A stretch of DNA of 64,000 bases, taken from contig JAAOMT010000322.1 of the NCBI GenBank assembly GCA_016748015.1, forward strand, positions 62,001 through 126,000, written 5' to 3'. A program made the translations under genes and the position numbers. Every line of letters starts with the position of its first letter. Position 1 is the stretch's first letter. The notes under the pieces are model-generated. The model saw nothing but the letters and a program-made list of their open reading frames with translations. It ran no database searches and had not been told where the DNA came from. Shown here one piece after another: positions 52,698-64,000 of the stretch. The DNA is from Geosiphon pyriformis uo1 (Eukaryota > Fungi > Glomeromycota).

Positions 52698-54151
52698 TTA
52701 TCTTTTTATGATTTGAAAAACTTCATACTCCTCGACAGAAAAATTCATCTGTTGATTTTCTGACCCAGGCATTATAGCATGCTCATAAATAGTTGTCTTT
52801 TGACAATAGCACCCTGAACTATTTTTAAAATTATTGCCACTCAATCTTATATTGTTATTTCCAAAATAGGGTCCACAATCTGGCCCATTAAAAGGTCCAC
52901 ATCCTTTAACAAATTTGCTAAGTATAGCATTTTCAGCATTGTCATCTCCAAGATAAAAAATAAAACTTCCTTCTCCATCTAGCCACTGATTTCGAGAGTG
53001 CCAAGATTGTGGGTTAAAGCCGCCAATTATCTGACCAGTTCCTTTCACTTTGATTACGCTAATTGTTGCTCCTTTATCATCGCATAANNNNNNNNNNNNN
53101 NNNNNNNNNNNNNNNNNNNNNNNNNNNNNNNNNNNNNNNNNNNNNNNNNNNNNNNNNNNNNNNNNNNNNNNNNNNNNNNNNNNNNNNNNNNNNNNNNNNN
53201 NNNNNNNNNNNNNNNNNNNNNNNNNNNNNNNNNNNNNNNNNNNNNNNNNNNNNNNNNNNNNNNNNNNNNNNNNNNNNNNNNNNNNNNNNNNNNNNNNNNN
53301 NNNNNNNNNNNNNNNNNNNNNNNNNNNNNNNNNNNNNNNNNNNNNNNNNNNNNNNNNNNNNNNNNNNNNNNNNNNNNNNNNNNNNNNNNNNNNNNNNNNN
53401 NNNNNNNNNNNNNNNNNNNNNNNNNNNNNNNNNNNNNNNNNNNNNNNNNNNNNNNNNNNNNNNNNNNNNNNNNNNNNNNNNNNNNNNNNNNNNNNNNNNN
53501 NNNNNNNNNNNNNNNNNNNNNNNNNNNNNNNNNNNNNNNNNNNNNNNNNNNNNNNNNNNNNNNNNNNNNNNNNNNNNNNNNNNNNNNNNNNNNNNNNNNN
53601 NNNNNNNNNNNNNNNNNNNNNNNNNNNNNNNNNNNNNNNNNNNNNNNNNNNNNNNNNNNNNNNNNNNNNNNNNNNNNNNNNNNNNNNNNNNNNNNNNNNN
53701 NNNNNNNNNNNNNNNNNNNNNNNNNNNNNNNNNNNNNNNNNNNNNNNNNNNNNNNNNNNNNNNNNNNNNNNNNNNNNNNNNNNNNNNNNNNNNNNNNNNN
53801 NNNNNNNNNNNNNNNNNNNNNNNNNNNNNNNNNNNNNNNNNNNNNNNNNNNNNNNNNNNNNNNNNNNNNNNNNNNNNNNNNNNNNNNNNNNNNNNNNNNN
53901 NNNNTTTCAAAAATCTTTGGTGAAATATTAGGTTTAGGAAGAATAATGATATTATTTTCCCTTTTAATCCAATTGCTAGAGAGTGCGACAGCAAAATATG
54001 GTGATCTTGCTGCTAAAATTTGGGAATGAGCATGAAAAGTTCTAATATTGGTCGCTTCGCCAACTATAATTCTAATATCAGAGAACTTCTGACTGTCAAA
54101 TAAATTCCCAAAATCATTGGATAAAGCGTGAAAGTATTGTTGGGGTGACAT
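52698..54151 (-). CDS. BTB/POZ-(BACK)-TLDc domain protein; middle hidden by an assembly gap
   Basis: N-terminal BTB: SDIRIIVGE..FHAHSQILAARSPYFAVALS.NW, KPNISPKIFE. C-terminal TLDc: CDDKGATI.VIKVKGTGQIIGGFNP.SW, SFIF, GPYFG, FSVEEYEVFQI. Confidence 0.85.
53088..53904. other. Scaffold gap (run of N)
   Basis: 817 consecutive N. Confidence 1.
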
Positions 54152-55999
54152 TAGTAAAATATGAGAAGTCTGAGTAAGGTTTTTTTCTCTACGTATTAGG
54201 GATTTATGCTATTGATCAATTTTACATATGAATCAAGATTTTATTTTGCATTACCAAATTATTTGAAAACATTGAATGAAAAAATTGGAAAAAAGAATTA
54301 ATCTATATTGCAAATTAAATCAACTCGATTAACGTGATTGAATAATATTTATTGTCTGTAAAATAACCAGGTATTAAATAAAAGATAATTGGATTATTTG
54401 CGTTGTCATTATTATGTAAAACTTCAACTGACCTCAATTTTATAAAACAAAAAAAATTTATTTCAATCAAGTGTATTTTGCTTTAAGTATAATATTTCTC
54501 TGGCTATCAATTTTTTTTTTGAAAGAGTTAAGTTCTTTTTTACACAATTTTGAATAATAAAGAGACAATTAATAAGTACTGAAATCATGTTAATAATGAC
54601 AGCTTTAGAAAATCTTTAAGAAAAGATTTGATTATTGAAAATTTCACTTTAGCCAGAGCCAAACAATGCTATGAATGAGAATCCATTAAATCTCTCAAAT
54701 GTAACTCTGAAATTTTCAACTCGAATTCACTCCAAAATGTGACTTCAACAAAATATTCATAAAACTACGGCCAAGATGCTGCCCTCTCTGCTTAAAAAAT
54801 TCATTATTCTGGTAGTTGTTGAAGCTTTTTTTGATGTATAGCATTTTTAGAACAAGAAAAATCTCTAAATAATTTCGAAGAACGCGACAATTGACATTGC
54901 GAAATATGATTAGTATTGTTGGAAGTTGGATTAGTATTCTTTAAAGATTCATAAAATTATATATTAATGAAAAATTAGGGTAAAGAATGTGATATTGATC
55001 ATTGATATAAAAATTTGAATTTTCACTAAGTAGATATACAGTATAAACATGTATATTTTATAATAAAATATTTCCTATCTCAAAATGATAAGCAAATTAT
55101 TTAGTTTTATATTAATATTGCTGTAAATAATCAATTAATAATTCTTATTTTTAATACCAAGTCAAGACAAAGAATCTCAAATTAGATAACCTTGTAATTT
55201 GGTAAATTAAAATATATAGATTTTTAAGAATTGGAGAAAGTTTTTCAATCCTGATTAAAAGATTTAAAACACTAAAATTCCTATCCATACCTTATGATTT
55301 TATTGTTTCCCATTTTAACATCAAAAAGTTTAAAATAATCTAAAAAATGAAAATACTCGTATTTTTTAATATAAAGGTTTACAAAGCCAAATTTATTAGT
55401 TTTGTACAAATATCAGAATTTTTACCTTTAAATATTATGATAATAAATTATTAATTTGTCGATACCCCCTTCTAAAAATATAAAAATGAAAGCTTCTTAA
55501 TAGTTTGGCACTTTCAAATAAATTTCTCCGTTTTCAAAAAATTCTAATTTTCTTATCATCCAATCTTTCATTACTTACACAATTGTTTCTTTAAAAATTA
55601 AAGAAATCTTCAAATAGATTATGTTGAAATTAATGATTTTCTTAAACCATTTGAGAGAATCCTGAAATAGGATGGGACTACATCAAAGGAAAATAACATT
55701 GACCATTAAGTGAATTTGTTTCAATATATTTGTATTTAGTTATTTGATATATTAATTTAGGATAAAGATTAAAAATATGTATATTGCCTTCACCACCTAT
55801 GAAAGAAATTGAAGTTTAATTCTGTAATTGAAAAAAATTTGACTAATGGTCCGATGGAATAAGACTTTCATAATATGTATATACTTAATAAAGGAAGCAC
55901 TTTATATTTAATAACTCTCAAACTCAAAAATAGATTAGCTGATTCATAGTAAACTTTCGACTAAAAAAATTACATAAAGGTGGGGGAAAAACTTTTATA

Positions 56000-56640
56000 A
56001 AGAACGGAATCTTTATTTAAATTCTTCATCTGTTTTGTAGTCAAATACGCTATCAATGCTAATAGCACAATCCATATCTAAAGAAAAGGCATTTTTTAAA
56101 TCAAAAAAATTCTTAAATTCTAAATATACCAAATGAAAAATTTACCATGTGTAAAACCAGTTGATTCCATTTTTCTAGGTTTTGAGATTATTCGACTTTT
56201 ATATCTTATATCATGGTTAGCACTTTGCATTTCTTCAGAATTAAATCTTTTTTCACGGATAGGTTTATTTAAGTTAAAGTTATCATGAGCAGCAATAAAT
56301 GTTTGTTGAAGTTCTTCTCTATTATCAAGAAAATATGGATTATATTGCTTTCCGTCGATCACATCGAATGGGATCTGTATTATTCAAAGGTCTTTCTCCT
56401 AAAATAATTTCACAGACAATAATGGCAAAGCTATATATATATCGCTGTATTTAGTATGAGAAGCGCCCTTGCAAATCTCGGGTGCCAGATACTCAAGAAC
56501 ACTATAAATTTTTAGCAGACTTTGGCAGATCACTAACATGTAAACTTGTATCGATACCCATTTTTTTTGTTGCAACAAAATACTTTTCAATTTAAATAAC
56601 ATGATCAAAAATCAAGAATTGCTGATATATATTCCGTTTT
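56000..56640 (-). pseudogene. Fragment of a protein kinase C-lobe (second TKL-family remnant)
   Basis: SAILDF*SC (DFG region), YLAPEICKGASHTKYSDIY, ERP; frameshifted, no N-lobe seen. Confidence 0.6.
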
Positions 56641-57499
56641 TACGCTTTGTAATTAATGCAATTTTTTGGTTTGTTCAAATTTCAATACTCCATTCTGTTT
56701 AAATTTGGCTATACTTTTTAAAATGAATCAACTTTGAAAGGAATAAAAACCAGGAAGTTATCTGAAAATCAAGATTAAAATTCAATATGAAATGCAAACT
56801 AAATTTTAAAGATTATTTCAAAAAATTTTGTGAAAATAAAAAAAGTATAAAACAACATTGTTAATTTGTTTTAAGTTATTCTTTTGCTAAAATTGTGATT
56901 TTTTTAATATGTTTTTATTTTAAAAAAGTATCTTCTATAATTTTGCATAAATTTTTTACCTATTATTTGTTCAAACCAAAAAAGCTTGTTATATATCTAT
57001 GTTGTTATAAACTCAAAAATATTAACAAAGAAACAAATTAAATGTATAAGTAATTTAATTGATGTGGTTAATCTCAAAATCACAGTTAGAGGAAAAAGAA
57101 AATCTTGTTTTTTCTCTTGGAGATGGCAAACTAAAAATGCTAAACTTGTCAAATTCGTCTATGGATGTGAACAGATAATCGAAGACTTAAGTTTTTTAAA
57201 TTGTAAAGTTGGTCTATTTAGCCCAATTAACAAAGTTTTTACATGAGAATTTTGGAAATTTGCGCTCACAGAATTTTCTATAACATATTGCTCTAAGCCC
57301 TAAAATAAAGTTTCAAGGTTAAAGGTTACAAATAAAATATTAATACGTCTATTTTAATAATTATTCAATTTGAAGAATATTTTTCTAAATCTTTAGGCAG
57401 GGTTAGATTTTATTTTCATCCAATTAATTGAATTGCACTAAAAATCTAAATTTTAAATATAGGCTGCACTTGGTTACAATTTTCTGATATTTAAAGATA

Positions 57500-59300
57500 C
57501 AACAATTACTATTGAGAAATGCCAAAAAAAAGATTAATAATAATAATAAATAGAAAACATTAGTAAATAGTTTTAGTCATAAACATAAAGTAAAAAGTCT
57601 ACTAAATTTTTTTAATACTTTATAATTCATTTACTATTCAGATTATGTCAAAATTTGAAATCCTATTATAAAAATTGATTAAAAATATTATTATTAAAAA
57701 TAATTTCTGCTATTATATTAATATATTAATGGTTTTTTTATTTTAACAAATATTTATTTGGATTTTTTAAGTTCAAAATATTTTTTCCTTTTATTTTTTC
57801 ATTACAAATTTTAAAAGTGATTGTTGAATCATAAAATTATTAATTTTTGTTGAAAATAAACAGAAATGTATAAATTATGTTGAAAAAGGTTTATTAAAAT
57901 CTTTACAAATTTAAAAATAAATTGTCATTTAGTCTTGTTCATTGTTTGTATTTATTTGGTCCCAAAATATTCATAAAATATAATAACTAAAATATAAAAT
58001 CTTATGTTAAACCAATTACAAAAAATGATTAATAATGTAATTATAATTTTTTGAACAATAAATAAAAATCAATTAAAATATGCTTTTTATTTTCATTTAA
58101 TATGTTCAACCTTAAAATTTTTGAATAACTGATTTAAATATATAACCAAAATTAATTTAACATGTTATTTTAATATTAAAATCAAATATTATGTATAAAA
58201 ATTAATTTTAACTACAAATGACCATTATATTAATGGTAATTAATTCAACCATGTAATATTTAACATGATACTGATTCTAATTTATTAAAAGGGCATTTCA
58301 ATATTATATAATGACTTTAATATTAGGCAATATATTAAATTTATCTCGTAAAATTTTTAAATAACTATCGAGTTAAAATTTTTAACAAACCAGTTTGAAA
58401 ATTTGCCATTTTTTCCAAATTAAATATATGTAATTTATTAATGACAAAACAATTGAATAAATTAAAATCCAGTTTTATATTAAAAAACAGTTTCAAATTA
58501 TTTTTAATAATATTACTTGAATATTTAGTCTTTTATTTATATTTGACTTATAAAATTATAAAAACTTTTCAAAATTTAAAACAGTTTAGTCTTTATAAAC
58601 AAGAAATTCATTAAGTTTTTCATAGTATTTATAATCATAAAAATAACTTCAAATAAATAATACAAAATATTTGATTTTTTTTATAAAAACATTAGGTTTT
58701 ATTTTAGCAGCAAAAAAAGTAATGACTTAAAAAATATTTAAATGATTGATAATTTAAGTTTTAAAAACAGAGTAATAAAAATAATAAAAAGTGCATATGT
58801 TCAAAAGTATCTTTAATGATTTCTGTTTTACAATATCTATAAATTATATTGTCTACAACAAATCTTTTTCAATCAATATTAATTGTAATAGTGTAAAATT
58901 CTATTTAAAATAATTATAAATAATAGCTTTTTATTGCTTAACATTTAGTTTTTTACTAGATTTTAATAATCAAGAAAGTTGACCAATTGTAATACATTTT
59001 TTTTGTCATTAAAAAAATTTGGCATTTCAATTTAAGGGACTTAATACATTAACAGGTTTTAGTACCAGCCTAATTAAAGTATTAATATTTTGTAAATAAA
59101 ATAATAATGAATATTCAATATTTTTAAATTCTTCTGATATAAAACAAGTTTTTAATTACTTCTAACAACAATATGCTGAAATATTAAATTTTGTTTGATT
59201 CAAAGAATGCTTACTAAAAGTATTTTCGACAAATAAATCGCAATCAGTTTAAAAAATATAATTATTTGTCAAAATTTAGCATTACAAAATGTAATCCATC
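57500..59300. repeat. AT-rich degenerate repeat-derived sequence, family unassigned
   Basis: Very low GC with the same ApC/GpT-dominated residue pattern; no motif recognised. Confidence 0.45.
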
Positions 59301-59715
59301 ATGAATTGAGTGTTGGTTCAAGAATACAAAGAGCTTTCATAATCTCTTTGATGCTGCACTATTAATGTATGTTGAGAACTAGATAAAAGAATTTTTGATA
59401 ATAAAAATATTAAATCAACATACTTGGTCCGACAGAATGCTGCTCCGAAGTATTAAGAAAAAACATACATTTTTTTCTTATACGAGAATTATTATTAGCT
59501 TTGTTATATCCATATATTCATTGAGAGAACAGTTGATTTACTAAAGCATACTGACAAACATCTTCTCTAATTCACGAAAATTAAACCTTTTAAATTTTAA
59601 GTATTTGAGATAGAGTTGGATAAAAACAAATCAAATTGAATCTTAAATCAAAAAACATTTAACAAGTAACATTAAAAGTTTTTCGTCACGCACACTTAAT
59701 TCATCGACCAAACGC

Positions 59716-60537
59716 TTTGCAGAAATATATAAATACACTGCTTTGAATTAGTATCAATCAATGATCGCGAGAGTTAAGGTATATTTTCTTGTCTAACTAT
59801 TTTCATGTTATGCATCTCCATCATGCTATTGCCAGATTAAAAAATCGTTATTCATTATACTTGCTCCTAGTCACTCTTGACGATCGACATTCAAAATGAA
59901 AAATTTTCTTGTCATGATGAAGGTGGTGTTGAGTTTTTTTAATTTAAAGCTTTAATTTTATATAGCCGCATATTTCAGAATTTAATGAAATTTTCTGGCT
60001 CTTCTTCTTTTCGAGTCTACCCTATCACGGGTGCTTTCTGGATCTCAAGAATTTTGGATGCTAAATTGATATCTGTCTTTACATTTGACCAACCACGAAT
60101 GGGAGAACTTCGTTTATCAAAATTTTTAAATGATTGCATAAGTATATACCGGATCACCTATCAAGATGATTTTATGCCACAAATGCCTTCCAGAAGCGGA
60201 GATTTAAAAGGATATTTTCGTTCTGCGTATGAATATTGGATTGAACAAGATTGCGAATGTTCAGATCCATCTATCTCGAAAAACTCTGCCACAAAACCAG
60301 CACATTTTAATCTTTATGCATATAAAGAATTTTGAAATGAATATTTACAGAGATTTGAATAGCCCAAGGTGATAGTTTTAAAACTTTGGAATTTTCAAGA
60401 AATTTAAACTTCCTATGACATTCTTCTATATATAAAAGGAATGCAATGAAATGGCATAAAGTTCTCAAGCACCAAATAATTTAAGACTAGAGCTACACTT
60501 TGGTCCATATTTCGGCTATTTAATAGGAATATGTTGA
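59716..60537 (+). pseudogene. Class 3 lipase (Lipase_3, alpha/beta hydrolase) pseudogene
   Basis: Degenerate nucleophile elbow KFSGSSSFRVY, VFTFDQPRMG (~FTFGQPRVG), YRITYQDDFMPQMP (catalytic Asp), EYWI..C, terminal ELHFGPYFG (catalytic His); stops and frameshifts. Confidence 0.72.
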
Positions 60538-63500
60538 TGCCTCAGGAAATCTAAATATGGCATTATCAGATTTTTAGAATTGCACACCTCTGACTCTTAT
60601 ATGGTTGATCCTATTCGATCGAGTAGGAACTAGATACCTAACAAATGTATTAACTAATCTTAAAGCTTCAAAGCACCCATTACGATAATTCAAATAGTTC
60701 ATAGCTAAATGAATGCACAGCTTTCAGATCCATTCAGGTGACATTTTTTATTTTTAAGCATTACTATCATCAGAAACTAGAATCTTAAAAGAATATAGGA
60801 TTTTCAAATTTAATTTTAGCCAATTTTTTGTGATAAGATATATTTTGAAATTTTGGCTTAAGCTTATTTTACCTGATTTATTTATTATCAATACTTTTTC
60901 CACTTACAAATACACATTTTTTTATATCATGGAGGAAAATTATAAATAAATTGAATATTAGAATATTAGTATAGCTCCAAGCAAATTTTTATTCGGGATA
61001 AAGTAAATTTTAAATCTACATTTAATTTTCAAGCACCTTATTTGGTACTTTTTATATTTTATCACATTGAAAGATTTACTTAAGGAAGATTATAAATAGT
61101 TTTATCTTTGTATATTGATAAAAGTGTCTTGGTAATGTGGTAATGCTTTGAAATTAAGATCATTATAAACGAAACGTAATTTTTTTTAACGCTGCTCTGA
61201 AGTTCAGTGTATCGTTTATATAATATACTTTTTGATTTTTAGAATAAATTTTTGCGTAACTTTTCTTTGCAAACCCAATTTGTTTGTCATTGAAAAAGGT
61301 TAAATTTTATTTAAGAATTTTACATCTGATTTATATGATGCCCTGTACCTCCCAAAGAGATGAATTTAGGCTTGATAAAAAAAAATTGCTCATCTTTTTA
61401 CTTAATTAGTGAAATATTTTCTCTGTTCCACTTTTCAGACTCATTTTTAGGATTCTTTGGATCGATGCCAACATAAACACTTTTCCCACTATTATATGCA
61501 AAATAAATTTATTAACTGATTGTGAATTCAAAATCAAAATGCGAAGATAAAACTAACCATCAAATTATGTGATATCAATATTAAAACAAATTATAAAAAG
61601 CACAAAAACACAATCCTACATGCTTGTGCTTTCAAACTAAGGATTTGCCGCATTCAAGGTTCAAACCTAAGAACCCTTTATTTTCGCCAAGAGAATTTAT
61701 AGATATTAATAATCGACTAGAATCTTCTATTTGATATGGCAGCTTCAAATAAATTGTGTGGGAATTTAGACTTATGAAGATATTAAATTTAAAAATCAGA
61801 TATAAATATTTATTATATCAAAGCCTTCGACAAAGTTGGCATATGCTTTCATTATCCAGTACGATATAAATTTTTTAATGAATTGCTGCTTTCGTCCATG
61901 AGAAAATTTTTCTTACCAACATTTCCATATTAGATCAGATAAGAAATCTTATAATGTATTCTTTTGACTTTTCGGAGCTACCTCCATAGTAAAAATAGAA
62001 ATTTAATATGAGGCTGATTGTTATTTCCTTTGCTTAACATCTAATTGGCACGTAAGATTAGCTTTCTGACATTATTTCTCAAAATAGTAAACTATGATAA
62101 AATTTAAAATAGAGATGACGGCCAAAAATTTTTGGATATTGGTTTTACGTTTAATTTTTCCTAAAATTTGATCAAGTTTGAAAAAATTATTAAATGAGAA
62201 CACCATGAATACTCTATAAAAACCCATTTTTTCTCCAGCTTTTTATCCTTATTCAACAAAGTTCACTTTCTCAAAAAACTTTTCATCCCCTCAAACATCT
62301 GAAAAACACGTAAAAAACTACGAGATGGCCAAAGAAAAATTAGTTTTCAAAATTCTTCTCATATCCACTTTTCTTGCTTATGGTTTTCTATTCACTTGGG
62401 TAGATGCGTTTCCAAAGGGAAAAAGTATGAGTTGATAAATTAGTACTTTTGACAAAATTTAAAAAGTTTCGGAATTTACTAATTATGCATAAGAAAAAAT
62501 GCTAATTGTATTTGGCATATTGCAAAACATCACTAGTAGGTTCGCTTGAGAAACGTACTTTTTGTGGAGGCAACAAACCAGAATGTCCTAAGTGTTTCCC
62601 AGGTGAAGCATGTGCCCTGGACCACCCATGCTGCCATACGTAGATTATTTTAATAGTTAGACATATTAGCTCTCAAATTTCAGTCAGAATGGAAGCTTTT
62701 TTCCCTTATTATTGTTCTCAAAAACAAAAGCAAGTTTTATAATGCTGATTGGCTTTTTTAATTTAGTTTATTCTTAATTAACGAATAAATTTGCTAGCTA
62801 TTAAATCATTGTTTTGATGAGAAGCTCTATATATATATATATTAATGTTTGAGCGAAAAACATCCACTTTTACTGAATTGAAGGGTTTCAACAATTTTGC
62901 AAATTTACTGAAAAATTTTCGATATTTAATTGAGAATATTCTGTTCCTAACACTATTCGTCATGATCGGATGAAAAATTTTTCAATTTATAACTGCTGCC
63001 TGCCCGACTGTCTTTTAAAAAAATATAATAGTGCTAGGGACAAAGGCTATTGCAAAAAAAATAGAGGTAATTTTTTCTTCAATCACTTTAAACTGCATAC
63101 TTAATGTAACGAGGATGATAACCCTTTTGCAAAACAAGTGATCACCAATTCAAGTCTCCGAGTGATTAGCAAGATCTTTCACGCTTTACACTAAAGTTCG
63201 ATCAAATGCAAAGTTTCTAAAGAGTTATTTATTTGTAGCGGATACTGATCTGCAACAAAAACCTCGAGGCGAGGTGGTTATCCATTTTTTCCTTGAACTC
63301 GATAATAAACTGATTTCTCATTTTATGTTGTTCCAGGGATCAAAGATCTAGGTATTCGACATCCTAAAGTTTGTACTTTTTCATTCCTGTCTATGTGCGT
63401 ATTATTTTCATATGTTGGCATTTTTCTTTACAATTATAAATTGGCTTACGAGTCCACAATCCTTATATTGAGAAATTTCTGGTAGTTTATTAACTTGTTA

Positions 63501-64000
63501 TAATTATAATATTTGGTATAAAAACATAAATTTATTATAGTATTAAAAACTTTTTTTAAATAAATTTAAATTAATTTTAGTTATTTTAAAAGCTTTTTAG
63601 TTTATTAAAATTATTTAAATATTAAATTTTATTAAATATTAAATTAATCAACTAAAAATTATTAATAATTTTTAAAACTGTTTATTCAATAAATTACAAA
63701 AACAAGTTTCTTATTTCTCAAGTTAATTTTAACAAATACGATTTAAAAAAGATAAAAAAAGAAATAAGGTTGAATTTAATTTAGTAGTAAAAATGTTAGA
63801 AATAAATATAAAATAAAGTGATTAAAATATAATTGAAATAAGTATTTTTAATTATTTTAAATTTATTAATATTTATAAATTGCTTCAATTATTATTTTTG
63901 TTAAATAAAAAAAACGTTTAAGCTTTGCGCACTTTTTTTAAAAATAAATCAATTGTTTAAAATTAAATTTTGTATTCTATTAAGATATTTTAAAGCCAAA

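Noticed and set aside
53050-53994. Long X-containing ORFs
   Set aside because: Artefacts of the N gap.
61300-62450. Possible decayed gene
   Set aside because: Moderate GC but no open frame or motif I can identify.

Overview
Eukaryotic fungal genomic DNA, inferred to be Glomeromycotina (arbuscular-mycorrhizal lineage). The TE relics and Lipase_3 remnant resemble families I associate with Geosiphon pyriformis, but that cannot be confirmed here. The window has two compartments. (1) A compact, intron-rich housekeeping island at ~2.67-36.0 kb: cytosolic TrpRS, trifunctional TrpG-TrpC-TrpF, ARP3, kynurenine aminotransferase, a TPT/SLC35-family transporter, a DUF1765 protein, mitochondrial SerRS, an EBP sterol isomerase, COG1, mitochondrial MDH, GPI8 and ULA1/NAE1. 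(2) Very AT-rich flanks (1-2.6 kb and 36.3-64 kb) holding decayed Ty3/gypsy gag, hAT transposase and an EN-RT-RNase H non-LTR element, plus members or pseudogenes of multicopy families (TKL kinases, BTB-TLDc, class 3 lipase). The most notable signal is the mutation pattern in the repeat relics. They show massive C->T/G->A change that removes TpC, CpC and CpG but spares ApC/GpT and leaves CpA, which does not match canonical RIP. The second notable signal is that three tryptophan-related genes lie within ~9 kb. Exon boundaries were read by eye and are approximate unless stated.
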